A DNA stretch of 64,000 nucleotides from an uncultured bacterium (GCA_963827235.1 CAWHAE010000020.1:1-64000), one strand, 5' to 3'. Positions 29,488 through 40,739 are shown, counted from the first letter of the stretch. Numbers and translations: made by a program. Notes: generated from the sequence alone by a model not told the origin.

Positions 29488-30516
29488 ATGGCCGCGGCAG
29501 TGACTTCCGAGTACTCCATGCCGAACAGTGCAGGCGAGCCGCTGCTCTCCGTGCGAGACCTTTACACCTACTTTGCCACGCCGCGCGGGGTCTTGCGTGC
29601 GGTCGACGGTGTAAGCTTTGACCTCTATCCCGGCGAGACGTTCGGTATAGTTGGTGAGAGCGGCTGCGGCAAAAGTGTTACTTGTCGCTCGCTGATCGGT
29701 TTGCTGCCGATCCCGCCGGCATCGACGGTCGGCAGCGTGCTCTACGGTGGCAAAAACCTGGTGAAGCTGTCTCGGTCGGCCATGCAGAAGGTGCGCGGGG
29801 CGCACATCTCCATGATCTTCCAGGATCCTATGAGCTCGCTAAATCCGGTGATGCGGGTGGGCGACCAGATCGAAGAGGCACTTCAAGCGCACACGGACAT
29901 GCGTCGGGCCGAGCGGCGCCGCGCCGTGGTCGAGCTCCTCCGCCAGGTACGCATCCCGATGGCCGAGCAGCGGATCGACGATTACCCACACCAGTTCAGC
30001 GGCGGTATGCGACAGCGCGTGCTGATCGCCATCGCTCTTGCCTCCAAGCCGCACATATTGCTGGCGGATGAGCCGACCACTGCGCTCGACGTGACGATTC
30101 AGGACCAGATCCTCAGCTTGCTCCTGGGCCTGCAACGCGAGCTCGGCATGAGCATGATCCTCGTCAGCCATGACTTGGGAGTGATAGCCGAGACCTGTAC
30201 CCGCGTGGCAGTGATGTACGCCGGCCAGATCGTAGAGATGGCCGACACGGCCACTCTGCTGACCAAGCCTAGGCACCCCTACACGATCGGCTTGCTCAAA
30301 TCGCTTCCCGACAGAGAGACCAGAACACGGTACTTGACCCCGATTTCCGGTGCGCCGCCTGATCTGGTGGACTTGCCCGCTGGTTGCCGGTTCTTCGATC
30401 GTTGTCCTCTGCGAGAGGACCCGTGCCGGACCTGGACTACTGAGCTGCTTGGCGTTGGGCCGCACCACATGTCGCGCTGCCGGCGACACCAGGTCGTGGA
30501 GGAGCTCGGTGATTGA
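29488..30516 (+). CDS. Peptide ABC ATPase (DppD/OppD-like)
   Basis: [30 protein letters not shown]-terminal Cys motif. Confidence 0.96.
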   Translation: MAAAVTSEYSMPNSAGEPLLSVRDLYTYFATPRGVLRAVDGVSFDLYPGETFGIVGESGCGKSVTCRSLIGLLPIPPASTVGSVLYGGKNLVKLSRSAMQKVRGAHISMIFQDPMSSLNPVMRVGDQIEEALQAHTDMRRAERRRAVVELLRQVRIPMAEQRIDDYPHQFSGGMRQRVLIAIALASKPHILLADEPTTALDVTIQDQILSLLLGLQRELGMSMILVSHDLGVIAETCTRVAVMYAGQIVEMADTATLLTKPRHPYTIGLLKSLPDRETRTRYLTPISGAPPDLVDLPAGCRFFDRCPLREDPCRTWTTELLGVGPHHMSRCRRHQVVEELGD

Positions 30517-31525
30517 TACTGCTGCTACTACTAGCCCATTGCTCGAGGCCCGAGGCGTCGCCAAGGAGTTCGCCGTGGCGGATAGCCTGGTGCGGCGAAT
30601 ACGCCGGCTGCCGCGCCAAACGCTAAAGGCCGTTGATGACGTCTCCCTCACCATCAACCGCGGCGAGACCGTGGGACTGGTGGGCGAGAGCGGCTGCGGC
30701 AAGAGTACGTTTGGCCGGCTCTTGCTTCGACTGTACGAGCCGACGCGGGGCGCAATTTACCACAACGGCGTCAACATCTTGTCTCACGACGCCCGCGCCA
30801 CGCGTGAGCTGCGCACCAAGATCCAGGTCGTCTTCCAGGACCCGTACTCCTCGCTCAATCCCAGTATGAAGGTGCGCGAGATGCTGGAGGAGGTGTTGGC
30901 GGTCCACCGAGTATGCCCACCGGAGGAACGGAAGGAGCGCGTGGCCGCTCTGCTAGAAATGGTGGGACTCTCGCGCGACATGGCCGACCGCAAACCACAT
31001 CAGTTCAGTGGCGGGCAGCGGCAGCGGGTCGGCATAGCGCGGGCGCTGGCGGTCGGCCCGGACTTCATCGTGGCGGACGAGGCGGTCTCGGCTCTCGACG
31101 TCTCCGTCCAGGCGCAGGTGCTGAACCTGTTGATGCGCCTGCAGGAGGACCTGGGCCTGACCTATCTCTTCATAGCGCACAACCTGGGCGTGGTGCATCA
31201 CATCAGCCAGCGCGTGGCGGTGATGTATCTGGGGAAGATCGTGGAGCTGGCACCCACGGGCGAGCTCTTTCAGGAGCCGCTCCATCCCTATACTAAGGCG
31301 CTTCTCCGCGCGGTGCCCAAGCTCGAGCCTCGGCAGAAGTCGGCAACGCCCGCGCTGGAGGGCGACCTGCCGAGTCCGATCAATCGGCCCGCAGGTTGCC
31401 ACTTCCACCCGCGCTGCCCCTACGCCATGCCGATCTGCAGGGAGCAGTACCCGGCGTTGCGCCCGGTCTCCCCCAGCCGTTCGGTAGCCTGTCACCTCTA
31501 TGCTCAAGATGGGAGCTCCGCATGA
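30509..31525 (+). CDS. Peptide ABC ATPase (DppF/OppF-like)
   Basis: [32 protein letters not shown]. Confidence 0.96.
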   Translation: MIDTAATTSPLLEARGVAKEFAVADSLVRRIRRLPRQTLKAVDDVSLTINRGETVGLVGESGCGKSTFGRLLLRLYEPTRGAIYHNGVNILSHDARATRELRTKIQVVFQDPYSSLNPSMKVREMLEEVLAVHRVCPPEERKERVAALLEMVGLSRDMADRKPHQFSGGQRQRVGIARALAVGPDFIVADEAVSALDVSVQAQVLNLLMRLQEDLGLTYLFIAHNLGVVHHISQRVAVMYLGKIVELAPTGELFQEPLHPYTKALLRAVPKLEPRQKSATPALEGDLPSPINRPAGCHFHPRCPYAMPICREQYPALRPVSPSRSVACHLYAQDGSSA

Positions 31526-32493
31526 CGGATCGATCGGTCGTATTTCCCGCGCCGGGCCATAGCGAGCGACGGCTGTTGGCCTTCGACTCCCCGGTTCTCT
31601 CCGACAACGAGTGGCCATACTTTGCCATCGCGGGTGTGCACGATGGTCCGACCCTGTGCTTGATTGCCGGCATTCACGGTGCGGAGTATCCGCCCATCGA
31701 CGCGCTGATACGGTTCTGCCGGGGACTCGATCCCGCGCGGTTGAGCGGCCGGATCGTCGCTGTGCCGGTAGTAAACCTTCCTGCGTTCTGGGAACGCACG
31801 CCCTTCGTCTGCCCGCGTGACGGCAAGAACCCGAACCGCGTGTTTCCCGGCAAGCCGGACGGTACCTACACGGAGGTGCTTGCCTACCACGTGTTCAACA
31901 CGGTCATCCGGTCGGGCAATTACCTCGTCGACCTGCACTGCGGCGACCTTGTCGAAGACCTGATGCCTTTCTGTCTGATGCACCAGTGCGGCCGCGCATC
32001 TGTCGACGACGTCGCTCAGGACATGGCAGTTACCTATGGCTTGCCCTACGTGATCGTGGAGCCTCCGGTCGGCGGAGCGGTCTCCGGCAGCACGGACATC
32101 GCGGCCGCGGCGGCCAGTATCCCTGCCATCGTCGCCGAGGTCGGCGGCATCGGCCAGCTGACCAGGGATGCGGTCGACTGGCATCTGCGGGGCCTGCAAC
32201 GCACGTTGCAGCGGATTCATATGATCGAGGGAGTGCCGGAGCCGCCGACCGGCCAGACAATCGTTCGCACCTTCGAATGGGTGCGGGCGCGACAAGGTGG
32301 ATTCTTCCGCAAAACGATCGCGGCCGGCGATCGACTGCAGGCAGGCGACCCGATCGGCGAGATGGTCGACCTGTGGGGCGAGCCGCGCGACGACGTACGA
32401 AGCCCCGTGGCCGGTGTCGTGCTGTTCGTAACCACCAGTCCTGCGATCGCGGACAACGGCCTGCTGGTTGGGATCGGCGTTCCGGAGGCCTGA
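31522..32493 (+). CDS. Succinylglutamate desuccinylase/aspartoacylase (M14) family deacylase
   Basis: AGIHGAE, NPNRVFPG, VDLHCG, C-terminal barrel-sandwich hybrid; ATGA overlap with the DppF-like gene. Confidence 0.9.
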   Translation: MTDRSVVFPAPGHSERRLLAFDSPVLSDNEWPYFAIAGVHDGPTLCLIAGIHGAEYPPIDALIRFCRGLDPARLSGRIVAVPVVNLPAFWERTPFVCPRDGKNPNRVFPGKPDGTYTEVLAYHVFNTVIRSGNYLVDLHCGDLVEDLMPFCLMHQCGRASVDDVAQDMAVTYGLPYVIVEPPVGGAVSGSTDIAAAAASIPAIVAEVGGIGQLTRDAVDWHLRGLQRTLQRIHMIEGVPEPPTGQTIVRTFEWVRARQGGFFRKTIAAGDRLQAGDPIGEMVDLWGEPRDDVRSPVAGVVLFVTTSPAIADNGLLVGIGVPEA

Positions 32494-34305
32494 TCAGCTT
32501 GCGAAACCCTGTTCGAGCTCGTCGATCAAGGCACCGAAACGGCCGACCGCTCTGTGCAGGATGTCGGGATTGGCAATATCGATTCCGGCGCCTCGCAGGG
32601 CCTCTATCGGCGGCTGCTTGTTGCCGACAGTGAGCAGGTGCAGCCAGCGGTCCACGGCAGGCTGGCCTTCGTCGTACATCGCCCGAACCGCCGCGTAGCC
32701 AATGGACACCCCGGCCGCATACGTATACGAGTAGTGATTCATGTAGAAGTGCGGCTGCTGGGCCCAGTAGAGTTGCGCCCGCTCGTCAATCGTAACGCTG
32801 CCGGCGTAGAACCGCTCAAACACCTGGCCCTGCACGGCCATGATCGTGGCAGGCGTCAAGGGCTCGCCGGCTTCGGCCAGCTCGTAGAGCCGGCGCTCAA
32901 AGTGCCCTTCCAGCAGATGCGTCACCATGTTGTGCGTGAAGGTGCCCAGCGACTGCAGGATGATCCAACGACGCAGACGCGGATCGGTCGTGGCGCGCAG
33001 CAGGTGCTCGGCAAGCAGCAGCTCGTTGGCCGTAGAAGGTGCCTCCAGCATGAGGCTGAGCGGCTCGATGTTGAAAAGGCTAAAGGGCTGATGGCGTAAG
33101 ACCGCCGTGTAGTGTCCACAGTGGCCGAGCTCGTGTGCCAGCGTGAAGGCGTTGCGCAGCGTGTTGCGCCAGGTGGTGAAGACATAAGGGTGCACGCCGT
33201 GGACGGGCCAGCAGTAGGCTCCGCTGCCCTTGCCGGCGTTGTCGGCGCGGTCGATCCAGCGTCCTTGGAACGCCGACTCGAGCAGCGATCCATAGTCGCC
33301 GCCGAGCAGGCACAAGGCGTCGAGGACCATGTGCCGGCCCTCGTCGAAGGTGGTCACAGGCGCGTACCCGGGCTCGAGCGGTGCCTCCAGATCGTAGCGC
33401 TCTATGCGGTCCAGGCCCAACAGGCGGGCGCGCAGGCGCGCCAGGCGGCGCACGTGTGGCGCGATCTCGTCGTGCACGACGTCGAGCACCGAGAGGTAGA
33501 TCTCCGCGGGCACCTGCTGCGCGGCCAGAATCATTTCCGTGGCGGACCCGTAGCCGCGCAGCCGCGCCATGGCGACGTTCTGCTGGATGTGCTTGGCCAG
33601 CGCGGTGGCCACGGTCGCCTTCACCTGGCTCAGTCCGGCGGACAGCGCCTCATAGGCCGAGCGGCGCAGAAGACGGTCCGAGGAGTACGCGTGGCCGAAT
33701 ACGTACCCTGCGATCGAGACTGGGTGCTCCTCGCCGCTCGCGTCTCGAGCCGGGGGGCAGGCCATGTCCACGGCGGTGGCCACGTTCCAGATGCTCTCCG
33801 GCATCTTGAGGGTCTCGCCGAGGGCGGCCAAAGCCGTCTCCGTCTCCGGCAGCAGAGAGTGACGCCGCTTTCGGAGCACGCCTTCGAGCAGAGCGCCGTA
33901 GGCATCCAGGCCCGGCTCCTCCCGCCTGTAACGCTCGATGGTGCCGTCGCTCAAGGACGCAAGCTCGCTGGCCAAGAAGGATCGTGCTTCTTCCACCCTG
34001 GCGGTAAGCGTGTCTGCCTGGGCGGCCATCGCCTGGTTCTGAGGGGACGAGCCGTCCACGGAGATACTGAAGTAGGTGTACATGCGTACTCGATCCATGC
34101 GGCCGAGCAAGGCGTCCTGGGCCTGAAGGCACCACAGGAGCACTTCCGCTCCCTCGACCAGCCGGCCGCGGCAGGCGGCCAGAGTATCTATGTCGCCGTT
34201 GAGGCGACCGGCATCCTCGGTCCACTTCTCCGGCGAGGAATAGATGTCGGAAAGGTCCCAGGTTTCTTCCATCGGTACCTGGCGCCGGCTCGGTCGTGCG
34301 GGCAT
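32494..34305 (-). CDS. pepF: Oligoendopeptidase F (M3B)
   Basis: RRQVP.EETWDLSDIY, WID...[35 protein letters not shown]; alternative start 34326. Confidence 0.92.
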   Translation of the reverse strand: MPARPSRRQVPMEETWDLSDIYSSPEKWTEDAGRLNGDIDTLAACRGRLVEGAEVLLWCLQAQDALLGRMDRVRMYTYFSISVDGSSPQNQAMAAQADTLTARVEEARSFLASELASLSDGTIERYRREEPGLDAYGALLEGVLRKRRHSLLPETETALAALGETLKMPESIWNVATAVDMACPPARDASGEEHPVSIAGYVFGHAYSSDRLLRRSAYEALSAGLSQVKATVATALAKHIQQNVAMARLRGYGSATEMILAAQQVPAEIYLSVLDVVHDEIAPHVRRLARLRARLLGLDRIERYDLEAPLEPGYAPVTTFDEGRHMVLDALCLLGGDYGSLLESAFQGRWIDRADNAGKGSGAYCWPVHGVHPYVFTTWRNTLRNAFTLAHELGHCGHYTAVLRHQPFSLFNIEPLSLMLEAPSTANELLLAEHLLRATTDPRLRRWIILQSLGTFTHNMVTHLLEGHFERRLYELAEAGEPLTPATIMAVQGQVFERFYAGSVTIDERAQLYWAQQPHFYMNHYSYTYAAGVSIGYAAVRAMYDEGQPAVDRWLHLLTVGNKQPPIEALRGAGIDIANPDILHRAVGRFGALIDELEQGFAS

Positions 34306-34827
34306 CTGGCTTCTCTCTCTCGGCATGATTCAACTGGCAAATCGGTTCGGGGCAGGCGTTCCGGCCGGCCGAGCGATCGCCGGAGGGCGGATCCATCATA
34401 CTGCAAACTTCCGCCGCCGATGCCTCTCGCGGCAAACACGCTGCAGGCCGCGATCCTGGACTTTGGTCCGGCGAGGCACCGGCCGCTCGCTTCTGGAGCT
34501 GGGGGTTGGTCTCGATCGGCAGGCTTCCTCCGCGTTTGCCGGGTTTCGCGGCGAATCTGGGAACGGACGCCTCACTGCTCCTGTTGATGATTCGCGCACA
34601 GCGGGAAACGCCCGATGCGCACCGATTAGCCGGTAGGCACACTCCTGGTACGATGGCAGGGAGTGTTGTACGGCCTGCTGCCGGCGCCGCGATTCGGGTT
34701 TCGCGTGGCGGGTGCCCTGCCCGCGCGTGGCAGCGTACCTCCGCCCGGGTCCGCAGTGCACCGGCTCCTGTCCTGGAGCTGGGTTCGAGGAGGCACGCCG
34801 GTGGCTGCCTCACGAGAGGAAGGAAAG

Positions 34828-36646
34828 ATGCCTGGTCAAACGGTTCCACTGAGGAACGCCATTCGCGTCGACGATCGATGGGACGCGTCGAGCGTATTCG
34901 AGAGCGACGCGACATGGGAAGAAGAGATCGGTCGTGTCACCGCGCTCCTTCCGAGCATGGCTGCCTACAGGGGCCGCCTGACCGAGAGCGCGGTCACATT
35001 ATGCGACGCTCTGGAGCTGTGGGACGGCCTGGCACTGCGGGCAGAACGGCTCCGGCTCTATGCTTCGATGTTCTACGAGGTGGACAAGAGCGACCAGGAC
35101 GCCGTGGCCAAATACGATCGCGCGCTCGGCGTGCTCGCACAGGTGCACGCCGCGCTCGCCTTCGTGGAGCCCGAGCTGCTGTCGATCGGATTGGATCGTG
35201 TCGCCGGCTGGGGCGACCAGGACGCGCGCCTGCACACCTACGCCCACTTCTTCGATTGTCTGCAGCTATTGAAGGATCACGTCTGCTCGCCTGAGGTTGA
35301 GCAGGTACTCGGTCTGGTGGAGGAGCCCTTTGTCGCGGCTCGAGCCACACACGGCATCCTCGCGGACACCAACCTGCCGATCGAGCCGGCGCGCAACGGC
35401 GTGGGCGATGAGATCGAGGTGAGCCAGGGCAACATCGATGCGCTGCTGGCCGATCCAGATCCCGAGGTTCGTCGCACCGCGTACGAACACTACGCGGACG
35501 CGCACCTGGCTTTCCGGGGCACGATGGCGAACTGCGTGGCTGCAGGGGTCAAGCAACATGTATTCGAGGCGCGGGTGCGGAAGTACGAGAGCTCGCTCGA
35601 GGCAGCCCTCAAGCCCAACTACGTGCCCACGTCCGTCTTCCATGCCGTGATCGCTTCGTTCCGAAACCATCTTCCCGTGTGGCACCGTTACTGGGCCGTG
35701 CGGAAGAAAGCGCTCGGCGTGGCCCGGTTGCACCCGTACGATCGAAAGGCGCCTCTTGCCTCGCCGGCCGCTGCAGATCTCGTTCGACCAGGGCATGCAG
35801 TGGATTCTCGCGGCACTCCAGCCACTGGGCGACGAGTACGTGTCCGTGATGAAACGCGGCGTATTCGAGCAGCGGTGGGTCGACCGCTATCCCAACAAGG
35901 GAAAGCGCGCGGGCGCCTTCTCGAGCGGCTCGCGAGGAACGCGGCCTTTCATCCTGATGAGCTACACGGACGATATCTACAGCGTGAGCACGCTGGCGCA
36001 CGAGCTCGGGCATTCCATGCACTCCTATTACACCTGGTCGATGCAGCCGAGCATCTATCGTTGGTATGGGATATTCGCGGCCGAGGTAGCCTCGAACTTC
36101 AACCAGGCGATGCTGCGGGCTCACTTGCTCGCCGGCAGCACCGATCTCGACGTCCAGATCACCGTGATTGAAGAGGCAATGAACAACTTCCATCGCTACT
36201 TCCTGATCATGCCGGTCCTGGCCCAGCTCGAGCTCGATCTGCATGAGCGTGCGGAGCTAGGGCGATCGCTGACCGCGGACTTCATGACCGAGCGTACTGC
36301 TGCGCTCTTCGCGGAGGCATACGGCAACGACGTGGCGGAGGACCGGCTGCGGACTGGCATAACCTGGGCTGAGGTTCCCACGCACCTCTACCTCAACTTC
36401 TACGTGTTCCAGTACATCACTGGAATCGCGGGCGCCAGCGTGCTGGCACAGTCCGTGCTCGACGGCCGGCCGGGAGCGGTCGATCGCTATCTTGCCTTCC
36501 TCAAGTCCGGCTCGTCCGGCTATCCGCTGGACCTGCTCAGAGCTGCCGGCGTCGACCTCTCGACCACGGAGCCGGTCGACCGCACGTTCGGCGTGATGGC
36601 AGGCCTGATCGATCGACTGGAACACCTCCTGGGAGCCGCCACATAG
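34828..36646 (+). pseudogene. pepF: Second oligoendopeptidase F, frameshifted at ~35755-35770
   Basis: N-half RWDASSVF...[10 protein letters not shown]; C-half [33 protein letters not shown] in another frame. Could be a sequencing error. Confidence 0.85.
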
Positions 36647-36851
36647 CACCGCGATGCGCGCGAGATTTCGGCCGCGGCTGTAGGCTCCGTCCACAGCCGC
36701 GCTGGAGTGCTTGCTCGAGGTTCGACCGCACCAGCCATCCTCCCGGGCGGAGGCTGGCCCCCGTAATACAGGGGAACAGGGCTGGAATCTCGATTTCCGC
36801 CGAGGTCCGGTTGCCGGGCCGTCTCTTGCGCCCAACTGCCGCGCCCGCCGC

Positions 36852-37565
36852 TCAGGTACTTCTGTTCTGCTCGTTCGAGATGGAACACGCGCGATCAATC
36901 GCCGCTTGCACGTGGAGTCGCGTGGTGGGAAAGATCGGCACGGGGCTATCGCCGGCACCAATGAGCATCTCGATTTCCGTGCAGCCAAGGATGATGCCTT
37001 CGGCGCCGGCGCCTATCAACCGGTCGATCACCTCCTGATAGGCGTGGCGCGAATCGGCACGTATCACGCCCAGGCACAGCTCTTCATAGATCACCTGGTG
37101 TACGAGGGCGCGATCGTCGGCGCCGGGCACCAACACCGTGAGCCCATGGCGGGCCAGGCGTTCTCGGTAGAAAGCCTGCTCCATGGTGAAGGCGGTACCG
37201 AGCAGACCGACCGTGCTGAGGCCGGCTTGCACGACGGATCGCGCCGCGACGTCCGCTATATGGAGCAGCGGTATGTCGATCGCTGCCTCTATCTGGTCTG
37301 CCACCCTGTGCATGGTGTTCGTGCAGAGCAGCAACAACTCCGCCCCGGCTTCTTCGACACGTTGGGCGGCGCTGGCCAGCCTCCGGCCCGCCTCGTCCCA
37401 TTGACCATTCGCCTGCAGCCGCTCGATCTCGGCGAAGTCCACGGAGTACAGCACGCATTGCGCTGAGTGCAGCCCGCCCAGCCTCTCTCTCGCCATCTCG
37501 TTGGCCAGCCGATAGTACTCTGCGCTGCTCTCCCAGCTCATGCCGCCAAGCAGTCCGATGATCAA
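36852..37565 (-). CDS. Aspartate/glutamate racemase family protein (YgeA-like)
   Basis: IGLLGGMSWESSAEYY, CTNTMH, LGTAFTM, ILGCTEI; TTG start after GGAGG. Confidence 0.93.
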   Translation of the reverse strand: MIIGLLGGMSWESSAEYYRLANEMARERLGGLHSAQCVLYSVDFAEIERLQANGQWDEAGRRLASAAQRVEEAGAELLLLCTNTMHRVADQIEAAIDIPLLHIADVAARSVVQAGLSTVGLLGTAFTMEQAFYRERLARHGLTVLVPGADDRALVHQVIYEELCLGVIRADSRHAYQEVIDRLIGAGAEGIILGCTEIEMLIGAGDSPVPIFPTTRLHVQAAIDRACSISNEQNRST

Positions 37566-37809
37566 CCGTGCACCTCCCTGCCGGGCCCCAAAACAAGAGC
37601 CTGCGGCTTCCCGACCTTGCATATCAGTGTATGGCGCTCATCAAGCTTCAAGGCGGATTCCAGGGGTACCGTGCGTCCGCCACTCGGGGCAGATCGCCTT
37701 CGCGACGTCACCGTGTTCCGTTCGGCCCCCGGGGAACGGCCACGCCGCCGGTTTCCGTTCGCACCCGCGCAAGCAAGGCCCGTATGTCGGTCTCGTGGGC
37801 GTCCATGGT

Positions 37810-39966
37810 CTACACCGGTCGCGGCTCGTATTCGACCAGGAACATCACGAAGTCGGACACCATACCGCAATCCACCTCGAGCGAGCCGTCCGCGGCACGG
37901 GCGGAGGGCAATGGCGACATGTCCGGCACCCGCAGCGCCCGCACGAGCGAGGTTCCCGCTGGCGGCTGCACGGTGCATTGCAACCCGACAGGCACTGGCA
38001 GATCCTCTTCCTGATAGACCAGGGCATTCACCACGACACGGTTCTGCTCGGGTTGGTGGAAGCCGGTGATCCAGACGGAGGGATGAGTCACAGCCGACAG
38101 CGATGGCGTTCCGTCGAGTAGCCTGCGCACCAGATGAACGAACACGCGCTCGTTCACGGCGCTGCTGGCAGCCTCGATCGGCGCCGCGGAGTAGATGGCG
38201 CTGCCGGCGCCGTAGCCCGCTTGCACGATCACCGGCCGGTCGGTGTCTTCCCAGGGAGGCGAGGCGTGAATGCTGGCAAAGCGGTGATCGGCCAGCGTGC
38301 CCTCGGCCGGATACGCGTAGGCAAGGCTTAGCGAGGCCAGCACGGTGGCCCTGGGCGATGGCCGCAGCCGCGGCACCGAGGTGGCAGACGGCCTCTCACC
38401 CGGATTGAAGGAGGAGTCGGGCCGCACGACGTGGCACAGGTAGTCTTGCGGATACACCGCGGCGGCTATGGCAGGGTCGAGCGGCTTGAGGTAGACCATC
38501 AAACCGGTTTCATCGCCTTCCACATCGCATCCAAAGACGTCGGCCAGCGCGAACGTGCTCCTCCGCCCCTCCAGCGTGTCCACCAGCGATGAGTAACCGC
38601 TGGCGAGGAGCCGCCCGCCCTGCTGAACGTACGCCCGGAAGGCGGCCACTTCATCGGCGTCGAGTCGCAGCACGTTCGGCAGAACCAATACCCGGTACCG
38701 CTGCAGGTCAGCGATCTGCCGCCGCGTGATCACGGCGAAGGGCAGGTGCGCCCGCTGCAGATAGGTGCAGGCACCTATGGCCGCCGTCACGTGGGGATAA
38801 CGGTTGGCGGAAGGGCCAAGGTCCTGCAGGAGCATTCCGTTCTGCGCGAAGTCCATTTTCGAGTCGTCGGAGAAGTAGACAGCTATGTCCTCGATTGGCT
38901 CGCCGCCCAGATACGGCTCGAACTGGGCTGTGCGCTGGTAGATGCGCCCCATCTGCTCATACACGGCCGGATTGACCGTGCCACGGGGATCGATGGCGTC
39001 AATGAAGAGGAAGGCGCAGGAATGAGCGATGGCCGCCAGTGCCTGCGTCTGCAGCTCGTGTTCACTCTTCAGACTCACGTGGTCCTTGAGATTCACCGCT
39101 CGACTGGTCATGAACTCGGCGGGCTGTGTCTCCGAAAGATGAACCAGGAGCTTCGAGACGAAGAGCTGCTCGCCCCGTCCACCGTAGAGGTCACCGCCGA
39201 CGAAGGTGTCGTAGCGTGAGTCCGCGATCGACTGGGCTGTGGTCCAGTCGAGGAGGGCCGGGGCCAGGTTGTGGTACACGGCGATCCCGGGCTGCACGGT
39301 GCGCGCCAACTCAGCCAGGCCGCGGAAAAACTCGGCCAGCCAGCGTATGCGCGCGGCCTGAAAGGCGCCCAACCCGGGCGACAACCAGTCGACATAACGC
39401 GGAATCTCGTCACCCGTCTCGGCTCGGAAGCGCTCTCGACAATGGCGGCACACGCACACCCCTGGGAAGAAGGCCATGTCGATGAAGAGACCGTCGAACC
39501 GATAGCGCTCTATCAGGCCACCAATCTGTGCCCGCTCGTAGGCCCTGTACTTAGGGTTGTTTGGGCAAAGCACGCCGTAGCGCGGACCCAGCAGGTGCCA
39601 ATCGTGTCCGCCCAGGGATTGCGCAGGGACAATCTGCCAATCGGGGTGAGTCTCTGCCGCCCAGTTGTCGAATACGGTGGTGTGGTAGGCGCAGACGTCT
39701 ATGCTCCGTGCTCGGAGATGCCCCAACAGCTCGCCGACCACGTCGCGTCCGTGCAGGCCGTCGTGCATCTTGCCGGCCGGGGCCGGCCAGTAGCAGAGGC
39801 CCACGTGCGACTCGCAGTACATCATCACCGAGCTGACCCTGGCCGTCACGTAGAGATCGGCCAGCGCTCTGGGATCGTATTGCGAGAGAAACGCGGGATC
39901 CCAGTCCGGAATGTGCATGTCCAGCAGTGTTCGGCGGTATCCTCGCTGGTAGCGCGTGGGGTCCAC
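37810..39966 (-). CDS. Putative glycoside hydrolase (GHL6 / GH151 alpha-L-fucosidase-like) with beta-galactosidase trimerisation-like domain
   Basis: RRTLLDMHIPDW, HVGLCYWP, HPDW, LCPN..Y, DGLFIDM, C.C..C..RF, DAIDPRG, YRVLVLPN. Confidence 0.75.
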   Translation of the reverse strand: MDPTRYQRGYRRTLLDMHIPDWDPAFLSQYDPRALADLYVTARVSSVMMYCESHVGLCYWPAPAGKMHDGLHGRDVVGELLGHLRARSIDVCAYHTTVFDNWAAETHPDWQIVPAQSLGGHDWHLLGPRYGVLCPNNPKYRAYERAQIGGLIERYRFDGLFIDMAFFPGVCVCRHCRERFRAETGDEIPRYVDWLSPGLGAFQAARIRWLAEFFRGLAELARTVQPGIAVYHNLAPALLDWTTAQSIADSRYDTFVGGDLYGGRGEQLFVSKLLVHLSETQPAEFMTSRAVNLKDHVSLKSEHELQTQALAAIAHSCAFLFIDAIDPRGTVNPAVYEQMGRIYQRTAQFEPYLGGEPIEDIAVYFSDDSKMDFAQNGMLLQDLGPSANRYPHVTAAIGACTYLQRAHLPFAVITRRQIADLQRYRVLVLPNVLRLDADEVAAFRAYVQQGGRLLASGYSSLVDTLEGRRSTFALADVFGCDVEGDETGLMVYLKPLDPAIAAAVYPQDYLCHVVRPDSSFNPGERPSATSVPRLRPSPRATVLASLSLAYAYPAEGTLADHRFASIHASPPWEDTDRPVIVQAGYGAGSAIYSAAPIEAASSAVNERVFVHLVRRLLDGTPSLSAVTHPSVWITGFHQPEQNRVVVNALVYQEEDLPVPVGLQCTVQPPAGTSLVRALRVPDMSPLPSARAADGSLEVDCGMVSDFVMFLVEYEPRPV

Positions 39967-39989
39967 AGGTCAGATCTCCCTTTCCTGAC

Positions 39990-40697
39990 TCACGCTCCGT
40001 CCAGATCTGCTACGGCTTCCGTGTCCCGCGGACTCTCGCGTGCCAGCCGGGCGAGAATGCGCCCGAATAAGTCATCGTCCACCAAACCGGAGTCAATATA
40101 GCGCTCGATGGCCAGGCCGTTGCAGAGCGCTAGCACCAGAGTAACCACGTCGTCGACCGCGAAGCCGTCAGGAGTCGGATCCCTGCCGAAGAGCTTTTCG
40201 ATGCTGATGGCTATGGCAGCGCGCAACACTCTGCGATGTGCAAGGAATTGGGCGCGCACCGCATCATCTCGAACGGCTCGCCGCCAGAAGTCCAGGAAGA
40301 CGAGCTGCCAGTCCCGCTCCGCCGTGATTGCATCGGTCAGGTACCGCCCAATCTCCTTGAGAGCCTGCGGCCCACGGGTTCCGGCGGCATGCGGAGCAAG
40401 GGCGGCTCGGACATCCTCTACGCGGCGCATCACTTGTTCCGCCATCATGGCGAAGAAGAGGTCGTCCTTTCCGGCGAAATTCGAATAGATTGCCCCTTTG
40501 GTCAGGCCCGCCGCGGCGGCGACCTGATCCAGGTTTGCATCGGCAAACCCACGTTCGGCAAACACCGGCAGCGCGGCGTCCAGCAGACGGCGCCGCACCG
40601 TCTCGCGTCGCGGTCGCCGCACCCTCGCCACCGGCGGGTGAGCGGTGCCGGCAAGCGGCGAGCTTTCCGAGCCAGGAGTCCCGTTGACAACCTTCAT
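39990..40697 (-). CDS. TetR/AcrR family regulator
   Basis: RRRLLDAA..VFAERGF..ANLDQVA.AAGLTKGAIYSNFAGKDDLF; start uncertain. Confidence 0.92.
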   Translation of the reverse strand: MKVVNGTPGSESSPLAGTAHPPVARVRRPRRETVRRRLLDAALPVFAERGFADANLDQVAAAAGLTKGAIYSNFAGKDDLFFAMMAEQVMRRVEDVRAALAPHAAGTRGPQALKEIGRYLTDAITAERDWQLVFLDFWRRAVRDDAVRAQFLAHRRVLRAAIAISIEKLFGRDPTPDGFAVDDVVTLVLALCNGLAIERYIDSGLVDDDLFGRILARLARESPRDTEAVADLDGA

Positions 40698-40739
40698 ACA
40701 CATAGAGCATACTACAAAGTATCCAATACTGATAAGTAT
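40684..40739. promoter_or_regulatory. Divergent promoter region with two TetR-type operators
   Basis: TTGACA 40684-40689 and CATACT 40708-40713; ATACT-N4-AGTAT at 40709-40722 and 40726-40739. Confidence 0.72.
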
